Assembly: GCA_964016885.1 (NCBI GenBank)
Contig: OZ024740.1
Span: forward strand, 408,952,001 to 409,016,000
Length of the DNA stretch: 64,000 nt
Direction of reading: 5' to 3'
From: Eledone cirrhosa
Lineage: Eukaryota
The notes beneath the pieces are model-generated. The model saw only the letters and a program-made list of their open reading frames with translations, ran no database searches and had not been told where the DNA came from. The position numbers and the translations under genes were made by a program. Below, piece after piece: positions 28,461-43,400 of this stretch (positions are counted from its first letter, which is position 1; each line of letters opens with the position of its first letter).

Positions 28461-31400
28461 GTCCAAGAATGTCATCCCTTTCACCTGTCATTAAGCCTCT
28501 ACCCAGAGTCTGTCCAAGAATGTAATCCCTTTCACCTGTCACTAAGCCTCTAACCAGAGTCTGTCCAAGAATGTCATCCCTTTCACCTGCCACTAAGCCT
28601 CTAGCCAGAGTCTGTCCAAGAATGTCATCCCTTTACCCTGCCACTAAGCCTCTACCCAGAGTCTGCCCAAGAATGTCATCCCTTTCACCTGCCACTAAGC
28701 CTCTACCCAGAGTCTGTCCAAGAAAGTCATCCCTTTCACCTGTCACTAAGCCTCTACCCAGAGTCTGCCGAAGAATGTCATCCCTTTCACCTGTGACTAA
28801 GCCTCTACCCAGAGTCTGCCGAAGAATGTCATCCCTTTCACCTGCCACTAAGCCTCTACCCAGAGTCTGTCCAAGAATGTCATCCCTTTCACCTGTCACT
28901 AAGCCTCTACCCAGAGTCTGTCCAATAAAGTCATCCCTTTCACCTGTCACTAAGCCTCTAACCAGAGTCTGTCCAAGAATGTCATCCCTTTCACCTGTCA
29001 CTAAGCCTCTAGCCAGAGTCTGTCCAAGAATGTCATCCCTTTCCCCTGCCACTAAGCCTCTACCCAGAGTCTGTCTATGAATGTCATCCCTTTCACCTGT
29101 CACTAAGCCTCTACCCAGAGTCTGTCCAACAATGTCATCCCTTTCAACTGCCACTAAGCCTCTATCTAGTGTCTGTCCAAGAATGTCATCCCTTTCACCT
29201 GTCACTGAGCCTCTACCCAGAGTCTGTCCAAGAATGTCATCCCTTTCACCTGTCACTAAGCCTCTACCCTGAGTCTGCTCAAGAATGTCATCCCTTTCAC
29301 CTGTTACTAAGTCTCTACCCAGAGTTTGTCCAAGAATGTCATCCCTTTCACATGTCACTAAGCCTCTACCCAGAGTCTGTCCGAGAATGTCATCCCTTTC
29401 ACCTGTCACTAAGCCTCTACCCTGAGTCTGCTCAAGAATGTCATCCCTTTCACCTGTCACTAAGTCTCTACCCAGAGTTTGTCCAAGAATGTCATCCCTT
29501 TCACCTGTCACTAAGCCTCTACGCAGAGTCTGTCCGAGAATGTCATCCCTTTCACCTGTCACTAAGCCTCTACACTGAGTCTGCTCAAGAATGTCATCCC
29601 TTTCACCTGTCACTAAGTCTCTACCCAGAGTTTGTCCAAGAATGTCATCCCTTTCACCTGTCATTAAGCCTCTACCCAGAGTCTGTCCAAGAATGTCATC
29701 CCTTTCACCTGCCACTAAGCCTCTACCCTGAGTCTATCCAAGAATGTCATCCCTTTCACCTGTCACTAAGCCTCTACCCAGAGTCTGTCCAAGAATGTCA
29801 TCCCTTTCACCTGTCACTAAGTCTCTACCCAGAGTCTGTCCAAGAATGTTATCCCTTTCACCTGTCACTAAGCCTCTACCCAGAGTCTGTCCAAGAATGT
29901 CATCCCTTTCACCTGCCACTAAGCCTCTACCCAGAGTCTGTCCAAGAATGTCATCCCTTTCACCTGTCATTAAGCCTCTACCCAGAGTCTGTCCAAGAAT
30001 GTCATCCCTTTCACCTGTCACTAAGCCTCTACCCAGAGTCTGTCCAAGAATGTCATCCCTTTCACCTGTCATTAAGCCTCTACCCAGAGTCTGTCCAAGA
30101 ATGTCATCCCTTTCACCTGTCACTAAGCCTCTACCCAGAGTCTGTCCAAGAATGTCATCCCTTTCACCTGCCACTAAGCCTCTACCCAGAGTCTGCCGAA
30201 GAATGTCATCCCTTTCACCTGCCACTAAGCCTCTACCCAGAGTCTGTCCAAGAATGTCATCCCTTTCACCTGTCACTAAGTCTCTACCCAGAGTCTGTCC
30301 AAGAATGTCATTCCTTTCACCTGCCACTAAGCCTCTACCCAGAGTCTGTCCAAGAATGTCATCCCTTTCACCTGCCACTAAGCCTGTACCCAGAGTCTGT
30401 CCAAGAATGTCATCCCTTTCACCTGTCACTAAGCCTCTAACCAGAGTCTGTCCAAGAATGTCACCCCTTTCACCTGCCACTAAGCCTCTAGCCAGAGTCT
30501 GTCCAAGAAGGTCATCCCTTTACCCTGCCACTAAGCCTCTACCCAGAGTCTGCCCAAGAATGTCATCCCTTTCACCTGCCACTAAGCCTCTACCCAGAGT
30601 CTGTCCAAGAAAGTCATCCCTTTCACCTGTCACTAAGCCTCTACCCAGAGTCTGCCGAAGAATGTCATCCCTTTCACCTGCCACTAAGCCTCTACCCAGA
30701 GTCTGTCCAAGAATGTCATCCCTTTCACCTGTCACTAAGCCTCTACCCAGAGTCTGTCCAAGAAAGTCATCCCTTTCACCTGTCACTAAGCCTCTAACCA
30801 GAGTCTGTCCAAGAATGTCATCCCTTTCACCTGTCACTAAGCCTCTACCCAGAGTCTGTCCAAGAATGTCATCCCTTTCCCCTGCCACTAAGCCTCTACC
30901 CAGAGTCTGTCCAAGAATGTCATCCCTTTCACCTGTCACTAAGCCTCTACCCAGAGTCTGTCCAAGAATGTCATTCCTTTCAACTGCCACTAAGTCTCTA
31001 TCTAGAGTCTGTCCAAGAAAGTCATCCTTTCACCTGTCACTAAGCCTCTACCCAGAGTCTGTCCAAGAATGTCATACCTTTCACCTGTCACTAAGCCTCT
31101 ACCCAGAGTCTGTCCAAGAATGTCATCCCTTTCACCTGTCACTAAGCGTCTACCCAGAGTCTGCCCAAGAATGTCATCCCTTTCACTTGTCACTAAGCCT
31201 CTACCCAGAGTCTGCCCAAGAATGTCATCCCTTTCACCTGCCACGAAGCCTCTGCCCAGAGTCTGTCCAAGAATGTCATCCCTTTCACCTGTCACTAAGT
31301 CTCTACCCAGAGTCTGTCCAAGAATGTCATCCCTTTCACCTGCCACTAAGCCTCTACCCAGAGTCTGTCCAAGAATGTCATCCCTTTCACCTGTCATTAA

Positions 31401-34400
31401 GCCTCTACCCAGAGTCTGTCCAAGAATGTCATCCCTTTCACCTGCCACTAAGCCTCTACCCAGAGTCTGTCCAAGAATGTCATCCCTTTCACCTGTCACT
31501 AAGCCTCTACCCAGAGTCTGTCCAAGAATGTCATCCCTTTCACCTGTCACTAAGTCTCTACCTAGAGTCTGTCCAAGAATGTCATCCCTTTCACCTGTCA
31601 CTGAGCCTCTACCCAGAGTCTGTCCAAGAATGTCATCCCTTTCACCTGTCACTAAGCCTCTACCCTGAGTCTGCTCAAGAATGTCATCCCTTTCACCTGT
31701 CACTAAGTCTCTACCCAGAGTTTGTCCAAGAATGTCATCCCTTTCACATGTCACTAAGCCTCTACCCAGAGTCTGTCCGAGAATGTCATCCCTTTCACCT
31801 GTCACTAAGCCTCTACCCTGAGTCTGCTCAAGAAAGTCATCCCTTTCACCTGTCACTAAGTCTCTACCCAGAGTTTGTCCAAGAATGTCATCCCTTTCAC
31901 CTGTCACTAAGCGTCTACCCAGAGTCTGTCCAAGAATGTCATCCCTTTCACCTGTCATTAAGCCTCTACCCAGAGTCTGTCCAAGAATGTCATCCCTTTC
32001 ACCTGTCACTAAGCCTCTACCCTGTGTCTGCTCAAGAATGTCATCCCTTTCACCTGTCACTAAGTCTCTACCCAGAGTTTGTCCAAGAATGTCATCCCTT
32101 TCACCTGTCACTAAGCCTCTACCCAGAGTCTGTCCGAGAATGTCATCCCTTTCACCTGTCACTAAGCCTCTACACTGAGTCTGCCCAAGAATGTCATCCC
32201 TTTCACCTGCCTCTAAGCCTCTACCCAGAGTCTGTCCAAGAATGTCATCCCTTTCACCTGTCATTAAGCCTCTACCCAGAGTCTGTCCAAGAATGTCATC
32301 CCTTTCACCTGCCACGAAGCCTCTGCCCAGAGTCTGTCCAAGAATGTCATCCCTTTCACCTGTCACTAAGTCTCTACCCAGAGTCTGTCCAAGAATGTCA
32401 TCCCTTTCACCTGCCACTAAGCCTCTACCCAGAGTCTGTCCAAGAATGTCATCCCTTTCACCTGTCATTAAGCCTCTACCCAGAGTCTGTCCAAGAATGT
32501 CATCCCTTTCACCTGCCACTAAGCCTCTACCCAGAGTCTGTCCAAGAATGTCATCCCTTTCACCTGTCACTAAGCCTCTACCCAGAGTCTGTCTAAGAAT
32601 ATCATCCCTTTCACCTGCCACTAAGCCTCTACCCAGAGTCTGTCCAAGAATGTCATCCCTTTCACCTGCCACTAAGCCTCTACCCAGAGTCTGTCCAAGA
32701 ATGTTATCCCTTTCACCTGTCACTAAGTCTCTACCCAGAGTCTGTCCAAGAATGTCATCCCTTTCACCTGCCACTAAGCCTCTACCCAGAGTCTGTCCAA
32801 GAATGTCATCCCTTTCACCTGTCACTAAGCCTCTACCCAGAGTCTGTCCAAGAATGTCATCCCTTTCACCTGTCACTAAGCCTATACCCAGAGTCTGTCC
32901 AAGGATGTCATCCCTTTCAACTGCCACTAAGCCTCTACCCAGAGTCTGTCCAAGAATGTCATCCCTTTCACCTGTCACTAAGCCTCTACCCAGAGTCTGT
33001 CCAAGAAAGTCATCCCTTTCACCTGTCACTAAGCCTCTAAGCAGAGTCTGTCCAAGAATGTCATCCCTTTCACCTGCCACTAAGCCTCTACCCAGAGTCT
33101 GTCCATGAATGTCATCCCTTTCTCCTGCCGCTAAGCCTCTACCCAGAGTCTGTCCAAGAATGTCATCCCTTTCACCTGTCACTAAGCCTCTACCCAGAGT
33201 CTGTCCAAGAATGTCATCCCTTTCCCCTGCCACTAAGCCTCTACCCAGAGTCTGTCCAAGAATGTCATCCCTTTCACCTGTCACTAAGCCTCTAACCAGA
33301 GTCTGTCCAAGAATGTCACCCCTTTCACCTGCCACTAAGCCTCTAGCCAGAGTCTGTCCAAGAATGTCATCCCTTTACCCTGCCACTAAGCCTCTACCCA
33401 GAGTCTGCCCAAGAATGTCATCCCTTTCACCTGCCACTAAGCCTCTACCCAGAGTCTGTCCAAGAAAGTCATCCCTTTCACCTGTCACTAAGCCTCTACC
33501 CAGAGTCTGCCGAAGAATGTCATCCCTTTCACCTGCCACTAAGCCTCTACCCAGAGTCTGTCCAAGAATGTCATCCCTTTCACCTGTCACTAAGCCTCTA
33601 CCCAGAGTCTGTCCAAGAAAGTCATCCCTTTCACCTGTCACTAAGCCTCTAACCAGAGTCTGTCCAAGAATGTCATCCCTTTCACCTGTCACTAAGCCTC
33701 TACCCAGAGTCTGTCCAAGAATGTCATCCCTTTCCCCTGCCACTAAGCCTCTACCCAGAGTCTGTCCAAGAATGTCATCCCTTTCAACTGCCACTAAGTC
33801 TCTATCTAGAGTCTGTCCAAGAAAGTCATCCCTTTCACCTGTCACTAAGCCTCTACCCAGAGTCTGTCCAAGAATGTCATACCTTTCACCTGTCACTAAG
33901 CCTCTACGCAGAGTCTGCCCAAGAATGTCATCCCTTTGACCTGTCACTAAGCCTCTACCCAGAGTCTGTCCAAGAATGTCATCCCTTTCACCTGTCACTA
34001 AGCGTCTACCCAGAGTCTGCCCAAGAATGTCATCCCTTTCACTTGTCACTAAGCCTCTACCCAGAGTCTGCCCAAGAATGTCATCCCTTTCACCTGCCTC
34101 TAAGCCTCTACCCAGAGTCTGTCCAAGAATGTCATCCCTTTCACCTGTCATTAAGCCTCTACCCAGAGTCTGTCCAAGAATGTCATCCCTTTCACCTGCC
34201 ACGAAGCCTCTGCCCAGAGTCTGTCCAAGAATGTCATCCCTTTCACCTGTCACTAAGTCTCTACCCAGAGTCTGTCCAAGAATGTCATCCCTTTCACCTG
34301 CCACTAAGCCTCTACCCAGAGTCTGTCCAAGAATGTCATCCCTTTCACCTGTCATTAAGCCTCTACCCAGAGTCTGTCCAAGAATGTCATCCCTTTCACC

Positions 34401-37400
34401 TGCCACTAAGCCTCTACCCAGAGTCTGTCCAAGAATGTCATCCCTTTCACCTGTCACTAAGCCTCTACCCAGAGTCTGTCTAAGAATATCATCCCTTTCA
34501 CCTGCCACTAAGCCTCTACCCAGAGTCTGTCCAAGAATGTCATCCCTTTCACCTGCCACTAAGCCTCTACCCAGAGTCTGTCCAAGAATGTCATCCCTTT
34601 CACCTGTCATTAAGCCTCTACCCAGAGTCTGTCCAAGAATGTCATCCCTTTCACCTGCCACTAAGGCTCTACCCAGAGTCTGTCCAAGAATGTCATCCCT
34701 TTCACCTGCCACTAAGCCTCTACCCAGAGTCTGCCCAAGAATGTCATCCCTTTCACCTGTCACTAAGCCTCTAACCAGAGTCTGTCCAAGAATGTCATCC
34801 CTTTCACCTGCCACTAAGCCTCTAGCCAGAGTCTGTCCAAGAATGTCATCCCTTTACCCTGCCACTAAGCCTCTACCCAGAGTCTGCCCAAGAATGTCAT
34901 CCCTCTCACCTGCCACTAAGCCTCTACCCAGAGTCTGTCCAAGAAAGTCATCCCTTTCACCTGTCACTAAGCCTCTACCCAGAGTCTGCCGAAGAATGTC
35001 ATCCCTTTCACCTGCCACTAAGCCTCTACCCAGAGTCTGTCCAAGAATGTCATCCCTTTCACCTGTCACTAAGCCTCTACCCAGAGTCTGTCCAAGAATG
35101 TCATCCCTTTCCCCTGCCACTAAGCCTCTACCCAGAGTCTGTCCAAGAATGTCATCCCTTTCACCTGTCACTAAGCCTCTATCCAGAGTCTGTCCAAGAA
35201 TGTCATCCCTTTCAACTGCCACTAAGCCTCTATCTAGAGTCTGTCCAAGAAAGTCATCCCTTTCACCTGTCACTAAGCCTCTACCCAGAGTCTGTCCAAG
35301 AATGTCATACCTTTCACCTGTCACTAAGCCTCTACCCAGAGTCTGCCCAAGAATGTCATCCCTTTGACCTGTCACTAAGCCTCTACCCAGAGTCTGTCCA
35401 AGAATGTCATCCCTTTCACCTGTCACTAAGCGTCTACCCAGAGTCTGCCCAAGAATGTCATCCCTTTCACCTGCCACTAAGCCTCTACCCAGAGTCTGTC
35501 CAAGAATGTCATCCCTTTCACCTGTCACTAAGCGTCTACCCAGAGTCTGCCCAAGATTGTCATACCTTTCACCTGTCACTAAGCCTCTACCCAGAGTCTG
35601 CCCAAGAATGTCATCCCTTTGACCTGTCACTAAGCCTCTACCCAGAGTCTGTCCAAGAATGTCATCCCTTTCACCTGTCACTAAGCGTCTACCCAGAGTC
35701 TGCCGAAGAATGTCATCCCTTTCACCTGCCACTAAGCCTCTACCCAGAGTCTGTCCAAGAATGTCATCCCTTTCACCTGTCATTAAGCCTCTACCCAGAG
35801 TCTGTCCAAGAATGTCATCCCTTTCACCTGCCACGAAGCCTCTGCCCAGAGTCTGTCCAAGAATGTCATCCCTTTCACCTGTCACTAAGTCTCTACCCAG
35901 AGTCTGTCCAAGAATGTCATCCCTTTCACCTGCCACTAAGCCTCTACCCAGAGTCTGTCCAAGAATGTCATCCCTTTCACCTGTCACTAAGCCTCTACCC
36001 AGAGTCTGTCTAAGAATATCATCCCTTTCACCTGCCACTAAGCCTCTACCCAGAGTCTGTCCAAGAATGTCATCCCTTTCCCCTGCCACTAAGCCTCTAC
36101 CCAGAGTCTGTCCAAGAATGTCATCCCTTTCAACTGCCACTAAGTCTCTATCTAGAGTCTGTCCAAGAAAGTCATCCCTTTCACCTGTCACTAAGCCTCT
36201 ACCCAGAGTCTGTCCAAGAATGTCATACCTTTCACCTGTCACTAAGCCTCTACGCAGAGTCTGCCCAAGAATGTCATCCCTTTGACCTGTCACTAAGCCT
36301 CTACCCAGAGTCTGTCCAAGAATGTCATCCCTTTCACCTGTCACTAAGCGTCTACCCAGAGTCTGCCCAAGAATGTCATCCCTTTCACTTGTCACTAAGC
36401 CTCTACCCAGAGTCTGCCCAAGAATGTCATCCCTTTCACCTGCCTCTAAGCCTCTACCCAGAGTCTGTCCAAGAATGTCATCCCTTTCACCTGTCATTAA
36501 GCCTCTACCCAGAGTCTGTCCAAGAATGTCATCCCTTTCACCTGCCACGAAGCCTCTGCCCAGAGTCTGTCCAAGAATGTCATCCCTTTCACCTGTCACT
36601 AAGTCTCTACCCAGAGTCTGTCCAAGAATGTCATCCCTTTCACCTGCCACTAAGCCTCTACCCAGAGTCTGTCCAAGAATGTCATCCCTTTCACCTGTCA
36701 TTAAGCCTCTACCCAGAGTCTGTCCAAGAATGTCATCCCTTTCACCTGCCACTAAGCCTCTACCCAGAGTCTGTCCAAGAATGTCATCCCTTTCACCTGT
36801 CACTAAGCCTCTACCCAGAGTCTGTCTAAGAATATCATCCCTTTCACCTGCCACTAAGCCTCTACCCAGAGTCTGTCCAAGAATGTCATCCCTTTCACCT
36901 GCCACTAAGCCTCTACCCAGAGTCTGTCCAAGAATGTCATCCCTTTCACCTGTCATTAAGCCTCTACCCAGAGTCTGTCCAAGAATGTCATCCCTTTCAC
37001 CTGCCACTAAGGCTCTACCCAGAGTCTGTCCAAGAATGTCATCCCTTTCACCTGCCACTAAGCCTCTACCCAGAGTCTGCCCAAGAATGTCATCCCTTTC
37101 ACCTGTCACTAAGCCTCTAACCAGAGTCTGTCCAAGAATGTCATCCCTTTCACCTGCCACTAAGCCTCTAGCCAGAGTCTGTCCAAGAATGTCATCCCTT
37201 TACCCTGCCACTAAGCCTCTACCCAGAGTCTGCCCAAGAATGTCATCCCTCTCACCTGCCACTAAGCCTCTACCCAGAGTCTGTCCAAGAAAGTCATCCC
37301 TTTCACCTGTCACTAAGCCTCTACCCAGAGTCTGCCGAAGAATGTCATCCCTTTCACCTGCCACTAAGCCTCTACCCAGAGTCTGTCCAAGAATGTCATC

Positions 37401-40400
37401 CCTTTCACCTGTCACTAAGCCTCTACCCAGAGTCTGTCCAAGAATGTCATCCCTTTCCCCTGCCACTAAGCCTCTACCCAGAGTCTGTCCAAGAATGTCA
37501 TCCCTTTCACCTGTCACTAAGCCTCTATCCAGAGTCTGTCCAAGAATGTCATCCCTTTCAACTGCCACTAAGCCTCTATCTAGAGTCTGTCCAAGAAAGT
37601 CATCCCTTTCACCTGTCACTAAGCCTCTACCCAGAGTCTGTCCAAGAATGTCATACCTTTCACCTGTCACTAAGCCTCTACCCAGAGTCTGCCCAAGAAT
37701 GTCATCCCTTTGACCTGTCACTAAGCCTCTACCCAGAGTCTGTCCAAGAATGTCATCCCTTTCACCTGTCACTAAGCGTCTACCCAGAGTCTGCCCAAGA
37801 ATGTCATCCCTTTCACCTGCCACTAAGCCTCTACCCAGAGTCTGTCCAAGAATGTCATCCCTTTCACCTGTCACTAAGCGTCTACCCAGAGTCTGCCCAA
37901 GATTGTCATACCTTTCACCTGTCACTAAGCCTCTACCCAGAGTCTGCCCAAGAATGTCATCCCTTTGACCTGTCACTAAGCCTCTACCCAGAGTCTGTCC
38001 AAGAATGTCATCCCTTTCACCTGTCACTAAGCGTCTACCCAGAGTCTGCCGAAGAATGTCATCCCTTTCACCTGCCACTAAGCCTCTACCCAGAGTCTGT
38101 CCAAGAATGTCATCCCTTTCACCTGTCATTAAGCCTCTACCCAGAGTCTGTCCAAGAATGTCATCCCTTTCACCTGCCACGAAGCCTCTGCCCAGAGTCT
38201 GTCCAAGAATGTCATCCCTTTCACCTGTCACTAAGTCTCTACCCAGAGTCTGTCCAAGAATGTCATCCCTTTCACCTGCCACTAAGCCTCTACCCAGAGT
38301 CTGTCCAAGAATGTCATCCCTTTCACCTGTCACTAAGCCTCTACCCAGAGTCTGTCTAAGAATATCATCCCTTTCACCTGCCACTAAGCCTCTACCCAGA
38401 GTCTGTCCAAGAATGTCATCCCTTTCACCTGCCACTAAGTCTCTACCTAGAGTCTGTCCAAGAATGTCATCCCTTTCACCTGTCACTAAGCCTCTACCCA
38501 GAGTCTGTCCAAGAATGTCACCCCTTTCACCTGTCACTAAGTCTCTACCTAGAGTCTGTCCAAGAATGTCATCCCTTTCACCTGTCACTGAGCCTCTACC
38601 CAGAGTCTGTCCAAGAATGTCATCCCTTTCACCTGTCACTAAGCCTCTACCCTGAGTCTCCTCAAGAATGTCATCCCTTTCACCTGTCACTAAGTCTCTA
38701 CCCAGAGTTTGTCCAAGAATGTCATCCCTTTCACCTGTCACTAAGCGTCTACCCAGAGTCTGTCCAAGAATGTCATCCCTTTCACCTGTCATTAAGCCTC
38801 TACCCAGAGTCTGTCCAAGAATGTCATCCCTTTCACCTGTCACTAAGCCTCTACCCTGTGTCTGCTCAAGAATGTCATCCCTTTCACCTGTCACTAAGTC
38901 TCTACCCAGAGTTTGTCCAAGAATGTCATCCCTTTCACCTGTCACTAAGCATCTAACCAGAGTCTGTCCAAAAATGTCATCCCTTTCACCTGTCATTAAG
39001 CCTCTACCCAGAGTCTGTCCAAGAATGTCATCCCTTTCACCTGCCACTAAGCCTCTACCCTGAGTCTATCCAACAATGTCATCCCTTTTACCTGTCACTA
39101 AGCCTCTACCCAGAGTCTGTCCAAGAATGTCATCCCTTTCACCTGTCACTAAGTCTCTACCCAGAGTCTGTCCAAGAATGTTATCCCTTTCACCTGTCAC
39201 TAAGTCTCTACCCAGAGTCTGTCCAAGAATGTCATCCCTTTCACCTGCCACTAAGCCTTTACCCAGAGTCTGTCCAAGAAAGTCATCCCTTTCACCTGTC
39301 ACTAAGCCTCTACCCAGAGTCTGTCCAAGAATGTCATACCTTTCACCTGTCACTAAGCCTCTACCCAGAGTCTGCCCAAGAATGTCATCCCTTTGACCTG
39401 TCACTAAGCCTCTACCCAGAGTCTGTCCAAGAATGTCATCCCTTTCACCTGTCACTAAGCGTCTACCCAGAGTCTGCCCAAGAATGTCATCCCTTTCACC
39501 TGCCACTAAGCCTCTACCCAGAGTCTGTCCAAGAATGTCATCCCTTTCACCTGTCACTAAGCGTCTACCCAGAGTCTGCCCAAGATTGTCATACCTTTCA
39601 CCTGTCACTAAGCCTCTACCCAGAGTCTGCCCAAGAATGTCATCCCTTTGACCTGTCACTAAGCCTCTACCCAGAGTCTGTCCAAGAATGTCATCCCTTT
39701 CACCTGTCACTAAGCGTCTACCCAGAGTCTGCCGAAGAATGTCATCCCTTTCACCTGCCACTAAGCCTCTACCCAGAGTCTGTCCAAGAATGTCATCCCT
39801 TTCACCTGTCATTAAGCCTCTACCCAGAGTCTGTCCAAGAATGTCATCCCTTTCACCTGCCACGAAGCCTCTGCCCAGAGTCTGTCCAAGAATGTCATCC
39901 CTTTCACCTGTCACTAAGTCTCTACCCAGAGTCTGTCCAAGAATGTCATCCCTTTCACCTGCCACTAAGCCTCTACCCAGAGTCTGTCCAAGAATGTCAT
40001 CCCTTTCACCTGTCACTAAGCCTCTACCCAGAGTCTGTCTAAGAATATCATCCCTTTCACCTGCCACTAAGCCTCTACCCAGAGTCTGTCCAAGAATGTC
40101 ATCCCTTTCACCTGCCACTAAGTCTCTACCTAGAGTCTGTCCAAGAATGTCATCCCTTTCACCTGTCACTAAGCCTCTACCCAGAGTCTGTCCAAGAATG
40201 TCACCCCTTTCACCTGTCACTAAGTCTCTACCTAGAGTCTGTCCAAGAATGTCATCCCTTTCACCTGTCACTGAGCCTCTACCCAGAGTCTGTCCAAGAA
40301 TGTCATCCCTTTCACCTGTCACTAAGCCTCTACCCTGAGTCTCCTCAAGAATGTCATCCCTTTCACCTGTCACTAAGTCTCTACCCAGAGTTTGTCCAAG

Positions 40401-43400
40401 AATGTCATCCCTTTCACCTGTCACTAAGCGTCTACCCAGAGTCTGTCCAAGAATGTCATCCCTTTCACCTGTCATTAAGCCTCTACCCAGAGTCTGTCCA
40501 AGAATGTCATCCCTTTCACCTGTCACTAAGCCTCTACCCTGTGTCTGCTCAAGAATGTCATCCCTTTCACCTGTCACTAAGTCTCTACCCAGAGTTTGTC
40601 CAAGAATGTCATCCCTTTCACCTGTCACTAAGCATCTAACCAGAGTCTGTCCAAAAATGTCATCCCTTTCACCTGTCATTAAGCCTCTACCCAGAGTCTG
40701 TCCAAGAATGTCATCCCTTTCACCTGCCACTAAGCCTCTACCCTGAGTCTATCCAACAATGTCATCCCTTTTACCTGTCACTAAGCCTCTACCCAGAGTC
40801 TGTCCAAGAATGTCATCCCTTTCACCTGTCACTAAGTCTCTACCCAGAGTCTGTCCAAGAATGTTATCCCTTTCACCTGTCACTAAGTCTCTACCCAGAG
40901 TCTGTCCAAGAATGTCATCCCTTTCACCTGCCACTAAGCCTTTACCCAGAGTCTGTCCAAGAATGTCATCCCTTTCACCTGTCATTAAGCCTCTACCCAG
41001 AGTCTGTCCAAGAATGTAATCCCTTTCACCTGTCACTAAGCCTCTAACCAGAGTCTGTCCAAGAATGTCATCCCTTTCACCTGCCACTAAGCCTCTAGCC
41101 AGAGTCTGTCCAAGAATGTCATCCCTTTACCCTGCCACTAAGCCTCTACCCAGAGTCTGCCCAAGAATGTCATCCCTTTCACCTGCCACTAAGCCTCTAC
41201 CCAGAGTCTGTCCAAGAAAGTCATCCCTTTCACCTGTCACTAAGCCTCTACCCAGAGTCTGCCGAAGAATGTCATCCCTTTCACCTGTGACTAAGCCTCT
41301 ACCCAGAGTCTGCCGAAGAATGTCATCCCTTTCACCTGCCACTAAGCCTCTACCCAGAGTCTGTCCAAGAATGTCATCCCTTTCACCTGTCACTAAGCCT
41401 CTACCCAGAGTCTGTCCAATAAAGTCATCCCTTTCACCTGTCACTAAGCCTCTAACCAGAGTCTGTCCAAGAATGTCATCCCTTTCACCTGTCACTAAGC
41501 CTCTAGCCAGAGTCTGTCCAAGAATGTCATCCCTTTCCCCTGCCACTAAGCCTCTACCCAGAGTCTGTCTATGAATGTCATCCCTTTCACCTGTCACTAA
41601 GCCTCTACCCAGAGTCTGTCCAACAATGTCATCCCTTTCAACTGCCACTAAGCCTCTATCTAGTGTCTGTCCAAGAATGTCATCCCTTTCACCTGTCACT
41701 GAGCCTCTACCCAGAGTCTGTCCAAGAATGTCATCCCTTTCACCTGTCACTAAGCCTCTACCCTGAGTCTGCTCAAGAATGTCATCCCTTTCACCTGTTA
41801 CTAAGTCTCTACCCAGAGTTTGTCCAAGAATGTCATCCCTTTCACATGTCACTAAGCCTCTACCCAGAGTCTGTCCGAGAATGTCATCCCTTTCACCTGT
41901 CACTAAGCCTCTACCCTGAGTCTGCTCAAGAATGTCATCCCTTTCACCTGTCACTAAGTCTCTACCCAGAGTTTGTCCAAGAATGTCATCCCTTTCACCT
42001 GTCACTAAGCCTCTACGCAGAGTCTGTCCGAGAATGTCATCCCTTTCACCTGTCACTAAGCCTCTACACTGAGTCTGCTCAAGAATGTCATCCCTTTCAC
42101 CTGTCACTAAGTCTCTACCCAGAGTTTGTCCAAGAATGTCATCCCTTTCACCTGTCATTAAGCCTCTACCCAGAGTCTGTCCAAGAATGTCATCCCTTTC
42201 ACCTGCCACTAAGCCTCTACCCTGAGTCTATCCAAGAATGTCATCCCTTTCACCTGTCACTAAGCCTCTACCCAGAGTCTGTCCAAGAATGTCATCCCTT
42301 TCACCTGTCACTAAGTCTCTACCCAGAGTCTGTCCAAGAATGTTATCCCTTTCACCTGTCACTAAGCCTCTACCCAGAGTCTGTCCAAGAATGTCATCCC
42401 TTTCACCTGCCACTAAGCCTCTACCCAGAGTCTGTCCAAGAATGTCATCCCTTTCACCTGTCATTAAGCCTCTACCCAGAGTCTGTCCAAGAATGTCATC
42501 CCTTTCACCTGTCACTAAGCCTCTACCCAGAGTCTGTCCAAGAATGTCATCCCTTTCACCTGTCATTAAGCCTCTACCCAGAGTCTGTCCAAGAATGTCA
42601 TCCCTTTCACCTGTCACTAAGCCTCTACCCAGAGTCTGTCCAAGAATGTCATCCCTTTCACCTGCCACTAAGCCTCTACCCAGAGTCTGCCGAAGAATGT
42701 CATCCCTTTCACCTGCCACTAAGCCTCTACCCAGAGTCTGTCCAAGAATGTCATCCCTTTCACCTGTCACTAAGTCTCTACCCAGAGTCTGTCCAAGAAT
42801 GTCATTCCTTTCACCTGCCACTAAGCCTCTACCCAGAGTCTGTCCAAGAATGTCATCCCTTTCACCTGCCACTAAGCCTGTACCCAGAGTCTGTCCAAGA
42901 ATGTCATCCCTTTCACCTGTCACTAAGCCTCTAACCAGAGTCTGTCCAAGAATGTCACCCCTTTCACCTGCCACTAAGCCTCTAGCCAGAGTCTGTCCAA
43001 GAAGGTCATCCCTTTACCCTGCCACTAAGCCTCTACCCAGAGTCTGCCCAAGAATGTCATCCCTTTCACCTGCCACTAAGCCTCTACCCAGAGTCTGTCC
43101 AAGAAAGTCATCCCTTTCACCTGTCACTAAGCCTCTACCCAGAGTCTGCCGAAGAATGTCATCCCTTTCACCTGCCACTAAGCCTCTACCCAGAGTCTGT
43201 CCAAGAATGTCATCCCTTTCACCTGTCACTAAGCCTCTACCCAGAGTCTGTCCAAGAAAGTCATCCCTTTCACCTGTCACTAAGCCTCTAACCAGAGTCT
43301 GTCCAAGAATGTCATCCCTTTCACCTGTCACTAAGCCTCTACCCAGAGTCTGTCCAAGAATGTCATCCCTTTCCCCTGCCACTAAGCCTCTACCCAGAGT